64,000 nt of DNA. Source: Nageia nagi. Its lineage: Eukaryota; Plantae; Pinophyta. Shown piece after piece: positions 13,141 through 25,087 of this stretch. The stretch covers positions 88,164,001 to 88,228,000 of the forward strand of contig JBITNC010000001.1 in assembly GCA_050084985.1 (NCBI GenBank), written 5' to 3'. The notes beneath the pieces were generated by a model, which made no database searches, had not been told where the DNA came from, and saw only the letters and a program-made list of their open reading frames with translations. The translations under genes were made by a program, and so were the position numbers. Each line of letters begins with the position of its first letter. Position 1 is the first letter of the stretch.

Positions 13141-15530
13141 CTCTTGATGAGTGATCTTCTCCATCAATTGATGCCTTCATAGTCATGATAAATTGAAGTT
13201 CAATAACATTAATTACATATTTATTATCAATCTCACTTGTTATTACATCTTTCTCCTCCCAAATGAGTTACTCTCCTATGCTCTTCTCTTCACACAACAC
13301 ATCCTTCACTCTTGATGAGTGAGATTCTCCATTAAGCATGAAACTTATAGTCTTCATCTACACTTCATGTATGTGCTCTCTTGAATCATTATCCCATATT
13401 ACTTCTCTAAGACAATCATCATTCACTCTAAATGAGTGAGTTTCATAATATCCATCCACCCAATGTGAATCTTCAAGAAAGAAATACTTCATCATAAGGG
13501 TTTCTCCTTCTCTTTTACTTTTCTCTCCCTTTAGAGAATTTCTAAAATATGGGTAATTAGCTCATAAAACTTCATCTATTACCTTTACAACAAGATAATC
13601 TTTTAATCCAAATGAGTGAGATCTCAAATTTGGTTTGTCATAATATATCATTCCATTTGAATGATCTTCCTCTTCATCGAAGTGGGCTGCAACCAAAAAG
13701 TAATAATCTTCTATGAGAAGTTTTGCTTCTAATTTTGGTGTAGATATCCCCTCCATGAGACATGCTCCATCAACAAACTTGTGATCTTATCCTTCCTCCA
13801 TGAAAAATCATACAGCTATCTCATATTAGAGGTCTTGAACTTGGGCTAGCCAATATTCTTTCATTAAGCACTCTTCAAAAAAGGGATAAGATTATATTTC
13901 ATCATCTATAAGCTGAAGGTGTATCTCTTCAATGAGATATTTATTCTCCTTATGGCCAATATCGATGCTTTCTAAGAATGTCATTCCTACAAGATATTTA
14001 TCAACATAATTTTTCCTTTTAACATATTCTCCATTTAGAATAAAGAATTCATCATTATACCTTTATTATAAGACATGAATACAACAATGAGGGTTTCACA
14101 ATAAGCTTCACCTTACACTCTCTTCTATGTAAGAAGAAGTTCATCCACATGACTCTCGTCCATGAGAGTTGCATAAGGTCTCACACTAGGCTCCTTCACA
14201 TCCTTCTCTTCAAGAAAGGATTATCCATTACCATGCATGCCTTCATAATATATGGATTCACATGAGTCTCCATAAGATTCTCTAATAGGATCTTCAAGGA
14301 AACAAGACTCCTCTTTTCTCAAATAATCTCCTTAAGTATCCTCATTACACCCATAAACATCTCATATTCTACTCCATGCACTTGTAACTATTCCACAACT
14401 TGTAATGAGTAGGAAAATACCTTTTCCAATACCCTTTCTCAAATCCATAAGAGCTAAGTAATTTTGTTATTTGTCATCTTTTTTCAACCTCTTTTCTTCT
14501 TTTCCAAATATGATCCATATGAGGGTTTCTATATAGTTACTTTATACAATGCTCTAAAGATCTTTGGCCATTAAGAAAGTCTTCCTTCTTATGCTCTGGT
14601 AAGCATAATCTTCACCATTAAATTTTGGGACTTCTTTACCCTTAAACATGGTGGCTATACAATAATCTTCCATTGTGATGGACTCTCAACTAGAAGCAAC
14701 TCATTCAAACTACAAGAGGTTGTTGGGTAGAGTGTTGTTGTTGGAAGCCATATTGCTCAACATAACAAAAATAATGAATCATAGTTTATGAAAGAATTTA
14801 ATAAATTATTTCAATTTCACCCACTAACTATAACCCTATAGATCTTCCTAAAGCTTTGATACCAAAATGAGTAGTATTTTACTTTCATTGATTTGAAAAA
14901 TAAAATCATTACATATATAGGTTTTGGACAAACCCATAAATAGATTGTGCTAAATATAAACTCAAGTTGCATGATCACAACCTATTACAATCCAATCCAA
15001 AAAGCTAACTAGATATTCTAAAAATACCCTATCATGCCAAACAACAACTAAGGGAAATTAACACTCAAAATAGAAACATCTAATCTAAACTAGAATATAA
15101 AAAAATGACATCTTACATATGTTAAAAATAGCCCATAAGGATCTATTTGTAGGTGTACTACACCTAGAGTGATGTGCAGTACATCTACAATGAAGTTCTA
15201 AAGCACATTGCGCTTGGGATAACGTGTACTACGTCAAGTGTGAGGTGCACTATGCATGGGGTGAGACATAGTAAACTAGATAGTTTGTCTTAAAACATCC
15301 AATATGATGGTCAAACCTTTAATAAAGGTAAGCATGTGTCTACTCCTTGGAAAGGTATCTTCGAGCACTATCTAATGCAAAAAGAATCAACTCAATTGCA
15401 TATCTCTACAAAATGTTATACCTTATCAAATTTGACCGATCTATTTTGCAAGTCTAGTTGAACTTCAATTGGTTTGCCCTTCAACTCAAATGGTCTTTGA
15501 TTGAGCTCTCATTCCAACATTTTTCTTATT
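13141..15530 (-). mobile_element. 5' part of a non-autonomous Copia-derived LTR element (left-arm copy), interrupted at 13140 by the Tat element
   Basis: LTR ~14868-15530; tRNA-iMet-type PBS GCTTTGATACCA (14853-14864, reverse complement TGGTATCAAAGC); gag N-terminal remnant ~14470-14670. Mirror of 47550-49942. Confidence 0.8.
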
Positions 15531-16824
15531 TAAAAACTTTGTATCTAGGATGTGTTTTCTCAGTTTGCTACTTCTATTGATTTTACTATAGCTGATAATT
15601 GTGTAATTTTTTAATGATTTTTTTACTTTAGATCTTTATTCATGTTGATAAGGTTAAAATGTAGGTTGACCACCTACATTCCCTCATTGATCATTGGGTT
15701 AATGTACCTTTTGTAGTTAGTAGTATCCATCTAGATTTATCTTCATGGGAATACTCCAAGTCTCAAAATTCTCACAAATTGATATCATATTGATTGTTGC
15801 CTTTGTATGTGAGGAATAATTTACTTGAGCAATATTGATCTCAAAAACCCACCATTTGACAATTAGAAAGGTATTCCTACAATCAACTCTTCTCATTATG
15901 TCAATATTTGGGGCATTTGATTGATTGCCTTTTAGACAATTTTGTGGGTTGGGAGTATGGTGGTAGTACTAGTGGCTTGTGTGATAATATTAGTCTTGGT
16001 GATAATGATTCGGGTGATACTAATGACCTTTGGCATTATATAGAGGAAGATATCAATAATTTGCATATCCTCTTACTGCATAAACTTAATGATGGTTTAG
16101 TTTCTTAGCTCATTTTTTGATGTTTATTATTAAAGCTTTATGACTTATGAGATTGTATACTTTTTATGGCTTTTTCTAACCCTCTTAAATTAGTTTCAAC
16201 TTATATTGAAATATGCTTTATCCACTTAAAAATTATTCTTATACATACTAAAACAACATTACTAGAATGTTATCTTTTAATTATATTTAATCAAATGTTT
16301 ATATTAAAATATGTGTTATCCACCTAAATATTATTCTTATACATACTAAAACAAAATTACTTAAAATGCTATTTTTTAATTATATTTATTCAATGATTGA
16401 TTTATCGTTTAGAAGTGGTTTAACTGAACATTATTGATTCAGTTACCCCTACACATCTCTACACCCTAATAAATTGGGGTCATGTTAATCCCACAAGAGC
16501 CTAAATTTTATTTGGGCGAATATCAAATATATTTGAAATTAGAGCAATAATTTCTGTCAACAATTCTAAAAGGGTTCAGAGATATCAACTTTAGAAAATG
16601 ATAAGATGGGGAAGCTTTTATCTCAATAGCGATGGGCTACTCACTGCACTGCACCCTAAACACGGAATGGAAAGAGAAGAGGTCATCCCCAAGAGCTAAT
16701 TCCACGGTCTCCATCATTAACCTCCTCCTTCTTATACCTGCTAATCGGCCAGTCAAAATTCTAATTGGTCCGTAGCTGCTTAAGCTACCGCCTCTGTTTT
16801 ACAGGACCGACAGAAGACTCTGTA

Positions 16825-16913
16825 TTCCTTTGTTGCTACGCATATCATAAGGCCATCGCTGTAACAAAATTGTGCACCAACCCATGACCGCCCGTTGCAA
16901 TATTGCTATAAAA
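16825..16913 (+). promoter_or_regulatory. Laccase core promoter: SNBE-like NAC site (16825-16843), AC-II/SMRE MYB site (16876-16882), TATA box (16907-16913)
   Basis: TTCCTTTGTTGCTACGCAT fits the 19-bp SNBE consensus WNNYBTN7AMGNHW. ACCAACC is the AC-II element. TATAAAA lies ~105 bp upstream of the ATG at 17018. All three are retained in the right arm. Confidence 0.6.
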
Positions 16914-17017
16914 ATGAAAGGCTTAGGGTGTGGTATTGCATCAGCAAAAAAGAATCCCGTGTTGTTACATTCTATCCATTGCCTAAGACGAGAAAAACAG
17001 AGAAAGGAGAGGAAGCG

Positions 17018-19246
17018 ATGGGTAGATCAGGAGATAGTTGTTTTTTGTTTTGTGACAGAATTCCTCAACTGCTAGTGCTGCAATGTTTGTTGGGCATTTT
17101 TGTTTTGGTGACCCCGGCCATAGCAATGCATTGGCAGACAACCAGACATTACAAATTCGACGTAAGTAGACAAGACGTGTTGATTTTGTGGTTCCTTTCC
17201 GAGGGATATGTCCTATTGATATTAAGGATGGCACTCTGTTAATGTAATGCAGGTGAGGGTGAAGAACGTAACTCGCCTTTGCAAGACAAAACCTCTGGTA
17301 ACGGTGAATGGCAAGTATCCAGGACCTACCATCCGCGCCCGCGAGGGTGATCGCGTCCTCATCAAAGTCACCAACCACGCCAAAGACAACGTCTCCATTC
17401 ACTGGTAACGAAAGGGATACATTCTATTTCCCAATTGCATTGCGTTAACTTGAGCATTATGTCACGTATAGATACCTAACTGATGGTTGTTGAATTTGAC
17501 CTATAAAAATGAAGGCACGGCATTAGACAACTGAGAACTGGATGGGCAGATGGTCCTGCTTATGTCACTCAATGCCCAATTCAAACAGGCAACTCCTACG
17601 TCTACAATTTCACCATCACCGGACAGAGAGGAACTCTGTGGTGGCACGCTCACATTTCATGGATAAGGGCCTCTGTCTACGGAGCCTTCATCATCTATCC
17701 CAAACACCACCAGTCCTACCCATTTCCAAAGCCGTATGCAGAAGTTCCTATTATTTTTGGTGAGAGTGATATGAGACGAATGTTAGCTCTAACATATCTT
17801 TGTTTTAACAACATGATGTTAATGAGTTAAGAATTGGGTACGCAGGAGAATGGTGGAATGCAGACACTGAGAAAGTGATAAACCAATCTCTTCAGACGGG
17901 AGCAGGTCCCAACGTCTCCGATGCTTACACTATGAACGGACTTCCTGGGCCTCTTTACAACTGTTCCAATATTTCAGGTAATGCTACGAACTCAACCCTA
18001 GACATAATATGAGCTACACACCTAGATGTATAGATTCAGATCTGATTATGCATTTGGATGTGGATGCGCAGATACCTTTGTGATGAATGTTGTCCCGGGG
18101 AAAACATATCTCCTTCGTCTAATCAACGCGGCACTCAACGACGAACTCTTCTTCGGCATCGCCAATCACAGCATGACAGTGGTAGAGGTGGATGCAGTCT
18201 ATACCAAACCCTTCCAGACAATACCATCATGATAACCCCAGGCCAAACCACAAGCGTACTCCTCAGAACCAATCCCACTACTAATGCAAGCAACTTCTAC
18301 ATGGCAGCACTTCCGTACGCCACAGGCCAGGGAACATTTGACAACTCCACAGTCGCAGGGATCCTGAGCTACGCCAACTTAACCGCAAATGCTAGCGTTT
18401 CCAACCTCACTCTTACTAACACTAGTTTTATGATGCCAGCCTTCCAGCACTGAACGATACCTCATCCGCGACCAACTATACAAATAAGTTAAGAAGCTTA
18501 GCAAATGCGCAGTTTCCAGCACTGGTGCCGCAGACAGTGGACAAGAAATTCTTCTTCACGGTGGGTCTGGGATTGAACTCATGCCCACAAGGGCAGACTT
18601 GTCAAGGCCCTAACGGAACCAAATTCACCGCCGCCATCAACAACATTTCGTTCGTGTTGCCCACCACTGCTCTGCTGCAAGCGCACTACTTCGGGCAGAA
18701 GAAAGGAGTGTATAGGACCAACTTTCCGGACAATCCGCCGTTCCCTTTCAACTACACGGGGAATCAGCCCAACAACACGAACGCCAAGAACGGGACGAGA
18801 GTGAGAGTGCTGGCATTCAACGCAACGGTGCAGTTGGTTCTGCAAGACACGAGCATCGCGGGCGTGGAGAACCACCCTCTCCACCTGCATGGGTTCAACT
18901 TCTTCGTGGTGGGCATGGGGTTCGGCAACTACAACGAATCAAGCGATGCGCCGCAGTTCAACCTCGTCGACCCTCCCGAGCGTAACACGGTGGGAGTGCC
19001 CTCTGGCGGGTGGGTTGCACTGCGCTTCAGAGCGGATAATCCAGGTTGTACTTTGAACTGCAATTTTGTTATTTGTTTATATGATGATGGAGAGTAATGT
19101 AAATGTGGATGTCAGGGGTGTGGTTCATGCATTGCCATCTGGAGGTTCACACCAGCTGGGGATTGAAGATGGCGTGGGTTGTGAAGAATGGCAAGGGACC
19201 TCTTCAATCTCTCCTTCCGCCACCGTCAGATCTTCCGCCCTGCTAG
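17018..19246 (+). pseudogene. LAC: Laccase (LAC2/LAC17-like), left copy with two 1-bp frameshifts in exon 5 (possibly assembly errors). Exons 17018-17161, 17253-17404, 17515-17759, 17846-17977, 18072-19044, 19116-19246
   Basis: GT-AG introns; signal-peptide-like exon 1; Cu motifs HWHG (split by intron 2), WWHAH, HPLHLHG and [12 protein letters not shown]; C-terminus [11 protein letters not shown]. One A is missing at ~18220 (ACAATACC vs ACAAATACC) and one at ~18438 (CCAGCC vs CCAAGCC) relative to the right copy. Laccase identity is certain; pseudogene status is not. Confidence 0.85.
18121..18141 (+). promoter_or_regulatory. miR397 target-site position (3 mismatches)
   Basis: AATCAACGCGGCACTCAACGA versus the perfect complement CATCAACGCTGCACTCAATGA of canonical miR397, in the LINAALND motif. 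Mirror at 44935-44955. Confidence 0.6.
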
Positions 19247-19689
19247 AACAACTTACCACCCACCTAAGCTCAACTCAACATTTTTAAACGATCTCACTCC
19301 TTTTCTCTTCACCACGGATTTCATTGCTAATAACAGTTTTAAGCGAGAGTTAGCATAGGTCACCGACAACGATTCCTTTGTTGAACTATCTTTTCAAATA
19401 TACAAATCAACTTTGAGAAATTCTTTTGCTCTCTTAAGGTGGTGTGTCATGCAGTGCTTGTACCCTTCTATTTAAAGAATAAAAGAATAATTGCACCTTT
19501 AATATTATATTTGTATTAAACTTTCTATTCACTTAACTCATTTGGAGGTGTTAGTTGAGTTGATCATGTGTTGACTTTGCTATTATTCGTTTTTCTTTCT
19601 TGTTAGATTCCCACTACCATGCATACATGTTATGTAGTAGTCCACTTATTTATCCTATAGATAGCTATTGGTTTCTAGTTTACATATCT

Positions 19690-20260
19690 AAAGCATATAT
19701 CAATAACTAAAATATATGTCTAAGCTATCTAAGCCAGTTAGATAAAACCAAAAGGTATGTTCATGAAATAATGATAATTTCTTTCTTAAACCTTCATAAC
19801 TTATACAACACCAATTTAGATATCTAAGACATATATCAATATCTAACATGTATGTCTAAGCTAGTTATATAAAAATAAAAGGTATGTTCATGAAATAATG
19901 ATAATTTCAATTACAAAAAAATGAATTTCCTCAACAACCATTGGTATTATTTAAACAAATAGTAGTAATCCAATTGTATAATTCACCTTTTCAAGTGTCC
20001 CTGAGCACACATCAAGTTGGGCAATATGTAGCAAAAAAAAAAAGAAGTATACCTAATATCCTTTCTTTCTTAAACCTTAACAACTTATATAATACTAATT
20101 TAAATATCTATAATATATATAGATATCTAAAATATATGTCTAAGCTATCTAAGCTAGTTAGATAAAAATAAAAGGTATATTCATGAAATAATGATAACTT
20201 TAACTACAAAAAATATAGTTTCCCTCAAAAACCATTGGTATTATTTCAACAAACAATAGT
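19690..20260. repeat. Local triplication downstream of the laccase (mirror ~42810-43390)
   Basis: The block TCTAAGC(C/T)AGTTA..ATAAAA..AAAAGGTAT(G/A)TTCATGAAATAATGATAA occurs at ~19730, ~19855 and ~20150. Confidence 0.8.
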
Positions 20261-23200
20261 AGTCCAATTGTATCAATTAACCTTTCCATTATCCTTAAGA
20301 ACACACCAAGCAGGAGATATGTAGTGGAAAAAAATAAATAAAGGGCTTTCTAAAAATATATTTATGTTAGCTTTAGATTATGAGTGTTCGAGATACATGT
20401 ACATAATTGGAGAATGATGAAGACACCTTTGTGTCTATCACAAGGTAATCAAGATAAATAATGCAAGACAAAAGATTGAGACAAGAACACAAAAATAAAA
20501 AGTTAACATAAACAGCCTACAATCAATTATTCAAGACCATTATAGTAATCCCAAGACCTTTGCCCAACAAAATGTCTTTGTATTACATTTACCCCCTCTA
20601 TCTACAACTCTCTTATCAATTTATCTACCACTTATCAATATGCATTAAATTATCCACTTCTAGTATATTGTACAAAATCCTAAATATAGACAAATGCATT
20701 ACATGATTATCTCAACAGATTCACCATCTCAACAGCTGATAAGAATCAATAGTAAATAGACAAAGCTGGTGAGCTCTATTAATTATTTTCAAACAACTAT
20801 GCATTGAAATGCTCTACATCATTCTCCCTATCTTTTTAAATTTTTGAACCACTTGGTATAGAAGAATCTAGTGCGATGAACTAGAATCCCCTTCACTTCT
20901 TCCAATTTATCTTCTAATTTAGAACTTCATTTCTAAGATTATTCATCATGCAATCCACTCTTGCTGCTCAATAGATGTCTTTATTATTTACTACTAGTAT
21001 AATAACACCAAGGAGATACTAATTTATTATTCTATTTATGACATGATGAGTACATCCAATAGCTCCATGAATAACGTCATCTCCTTTACAATTCTATCAA
21101 GTCCTTAAAAAAAATATCTACAATCATGAAACCATTTCAAAATTATGATATTTATCTAATATATTTTCATAACTTCCTTCTTCAATCATGATCTTATCGA
21201 TAAGACCATCTTCTTCCAAGATTACAATATTACTTGTTCAAATTCATTTTGTTAACATGTCTTTACTTATCATAGATCTACTGTGTACCGTAATTACTTA
21301 TAGTATATAACAAGTATGTACTTCCTAATTTTAGGGAAAATATTATTTATTATAGTTTAAGCTATAAATTTATTAATTTTATCTATATATAATTAATTTA
21401 TTTTATTTATTTTATAAACTATCATTAAAATATTGAAGAAATTTTTTGGATGGATATTTTTATTAAGAATATAAGACAATCAATTTTATATTTAGTAAAT
21501 AAATCAACATATCAAACCTGAATTATAAAAAGCTATAACATTAATGTTAATCACTGCAAAATGCCTTAATAAACACACTCATATGGTCCTCTCAAAATGA
21601 AAGAATCCAATCATGACCTACCATACCTCCTATTAATGGTGGCAATAACATTTGTTGGATCCTATGCTATACACTTAGAGTACAAGTTCATAGTCATTAT
21701 TATTCATATTGTAAATATATAAATTCCTTAAATACATTCTAATTTTGATGATTTTTTAATACATTGTTCAAAGCCCTCTTCCATGGGAAGTCAAATAAGG
21801 TGTAGAGGTAGAGGAGGTTATGCACTTCAGGATTAACTCTAACAACATAACTTGTGTATGTGTTCTACTAGCATGCAACTATACAAGTCTATCAAAGGAG
21901 TTGTGCTAGAGAAGCAATGGGTCTAGTGGATGAACCATTATACATGCATTGTGCAACTATAGGAATTAATGAGTGAAACTTTTTTTGGAAGGAAAGGAAA
22001 AACCGAAAGCAAATTTCTCAAGGTATGTAGAAATTTCTTACCTAATGATATCTTCTAGTTTGGTATGAATTCCTCCCTCCTTATTCTCTTCCACTTATTT
22101 TTGAACTCAATCTCCAATTGTTGCAAGTGAAAATGATAAACAAGTCTTATTTTTTAAAAATCCCTAGTTCATCCTCTCACTAGCATTGTCACTCAACGAT
22201 AAGATGGTTAGAAATTATTTTAAAAATATAAAATTAGAAAATAAGATTCAAAATTAAAATATTTAAAATATAAAATTAAAAATATAGTTAATAAAATATA
22301 AAATTTTAATTTTAATTTTAAAATATAAAATTTTACTTTTAATTTTGAAATATAAAATATAAAACATAAAATTTATAACTTTTTTATAATTTATCATTAA
22401 AATTTGTAACACTTCTCCTATTGCCAAATTCACCAAATCCCTAAAATTCAAACCTAGTTTTTTATTTAATTTGAGCATTCAAATGATTTAGGAATGGACA
22501 AGTTAATTCACATGAGCATGTCAATGTTGCTAGCTAGTCAACACCCACATGGCAGGATTGGTCAAATTCAGATTAACCAACCTTGATCAAAACCTTTTGG
22601 CTTTCACTTCTCAGTGCTCACCCTGTTGAAAGATGCCACACAAGTGATCCCACCATTTCCATTTATGAACTATGCAATAAACAATCTTATCATGACATTA
22701 TGGTTTTCTACTTAGGGCCCATATCACTCAAGAGAATGCTCATTCATAAGGTTATATATCTTCACCCAATTTGTAACCTCATAATCATAGGAGTAGATAT
22801 ATTATCCTCTTTGCTCTATATATTATAATCTTTGGATGCATCTTGGATTTGATAGGATGCTTCTAATATATTTTTCTTGGCTACAAAAGACCAAAGATTA
22901 TTAAAGAAGTGGAAGCAATGATGAAAAATAATGATTAGGGGTCGGACATGGTATTGATTCTTTTTCATGTTATTTGAGATGAATCAGATTATGTGGTAGT
23001 GACAAATCATATTATGTGTGCACATGTTATGGGGTCAAATATAATATATCTATTTTTTCAATATGGTAATGGTTATATCATCATGATGTATATGCAGTAG
23101 TGAAGATGTTGTATTATATATTTGTGATAGGTAAGATTATGTGTTACTTATTGATCATAAGGGAAAGTGTGTGGATGATACTAATGATGTTTCTAAGCAT

Positions 23201-25050
23201 GGATACAATAATATAGAGGAGTTAACATTCCTTTTGTGGCTTGAAGATATTCTTTGACAAATTCAACAACAATAGAGTTTCTATGCTTTAATATCCAAGT
23301 GGTAGATTATTAGTTGTGGAACCTAAAATACTCAGTTAAGTTTATTTTGGGAGTTTAGAAGTGCCATTTGATCTTTTATAAGTTTGGTAAGATTATACTT
23401 TTAGCATTATATCTTGTGCATTGCTATTATTATCCTTGTAGATATAGTGGTTACATGGGATTATGAATTCCTATTTATGTAAGCCTCCATGAGAAGACTT
23501 ATTATGAAATTGATTATCTTAAGAGGTATAGGGTAGTTCTTCTATTAGAATATGAATTTTTTAATTTGGTAATTCATATATTGATAGGAGTATAGTGTTG
23601 AGGATTAGAACCTCATAGTATTGCTGGGGGCAGGCTCAACATGGTTAGTGTTAGATCAATGTAATAAGATCATAATGTAGATCCTTGGAGATCAAGTATG
23701 TGTATGTTTTGGGTTGGGCATGAGACCATATGGAGATTGGTGTAGAGCTTGTTATATGTAAAGATGTTTTGCATGTTAATCATGGTGTAGCAATTGTATG
23801 TGAGGAAGAGAAACTCATGGAGAGGTGTTGATTGATTTCAAAGAAGAAGTTTCAATTAGTTATATTGCAAGAATGTTATCTCAAATATTATATTGGTTAT
23901 AATACAAAGGACTAGTATAATTTTAGGAACGTAGCCCACATTACGTGAACCTTATTACATAGTGTGTTATATTTGATATTGTATATTTTATTCTAGTTTT
24001 ATGATAATTAATAGTTTTCTATTATTGTTAATAAAAGTTATTTTCTCAATGGATTATTTTATTTAATCTATAATTCCTAAAAAATAAGATATAATTCATT
24101 TATTTAAGTAGGATTCTCATATTTGAATAAAGTTATAGTTAAGAATTAGTACTAGTTCATCATCCTAATTAGTTCATTAATTTTATCTTCATAGTTTCTT
24201 GCATCTCCAACATCAATGTAATGGTTATGCCTCTTTGAGATGAGGGAGGGTGTGGTGAATGTAAAGAGGAAAGGGAAGGTGTGTTGGAATGTATAATGCA
24301 TTATTGTAAAGGTTTGTATTAAATCTTCTATGTAAGTTCACTAATAATTATAGGTATCATTTGATACCTTAAGTATTTAAGTGAATATGATAATGTAACT
24401 TGTCCTATACTCCATGTCATGAGCATGCCCCTTGGGTAAAAAGATGTGCATATCATGCTTTTGTACATTGGATAAAAGGGTGATCCAAAGAGGGATTTTG
24501 GCCTATAAATAGAAGCCTCCTTCTTTGTTATTATACACAATTGTGGAGTAAAGTTATGATATAGGATAAAAGTGTAGGAGTTGAGATTAGGAGGATTGTA
24601 AGAGAGTTGTATTTATGATTGAAGTAAAGATCTAGTTAGTGGATGTACTCTTAGTTGAAGGAACCACTTACATCTTATGTTGTGAGATTGCTTTGTGAGT
24701 TTGTTAGATGTAATTGTGAGCTTTCATATGATCTTGGTTAATAAAGAATTATCTTCTTAGTGCTAGTTCCTTCGAATTGATATTAGAGCTTGGTGTGGAA
24801 GGTCTTTTTCCTTTAATTTCAAGGTCTTGATGAGGTAAATTCAAGAGAAGTTATAACCTCCTTCATATAATCTCCTTGATTTTTGATTTTTGGCTTATGT
24901 CACTAATGACACTAACATATATTGATTTATGTGTTGGTTAATTTATTTTGCAAAAGAAAGGGCTAAAAATAGAAATATAATACTTTTAGTTATACTAACC
25001 TCTAGTGAGCATGTTGATAATTTTCTATTAAAGAGATTAGTATATAAATT

Positions 25051-25053
<3 letters not shown>

Positions 25054-25083
<30 letters not shown>
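25054..25083. repeat. (TA)n microsatellite
   Basis: Perfect TA run. Confidence 0.9.

Positions 25084-25087
<4 letters not shown>

Larger units (their letters stand above)
13141..21231 (+). repeat. Left arm of an ~8.1-kb inverted segmental duplication (partner 41841-49942)
   Basis: Reverse-complement identity runs throughout. The ORF pairs 15908/46977, 16895/45835, 16983/45675, 18579/44184 and 19066/43787 are mirrored. The inner junction ...CAAGATTACAATATT at 21231 matches 41841. Confidence 0.97.

Noticed and set aside
15908-16108. 66-aa ORF upstream of each laccase (mirror 46977-47177)
   Set aside because: Starts at TTG, has no recognisable domain and sits in CpG-depleted DNA; probably a repeat relic.
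18579-18890. Antisense or alternative-frame ORFs over the laccases (18579-18890, 16983-17402, 17542-17763, 19066-19287 and their mirrors)
   Set aside because: Shadows of GC-rich laccase exons. Their conservation between copies simply reflects the duplication.
21240-24280. Probable highly decayed TE fragments and an AT-rich low-complexity tract (22200-22390)
   Set aside because: No domain or terminus could be identified with confidence by eye.
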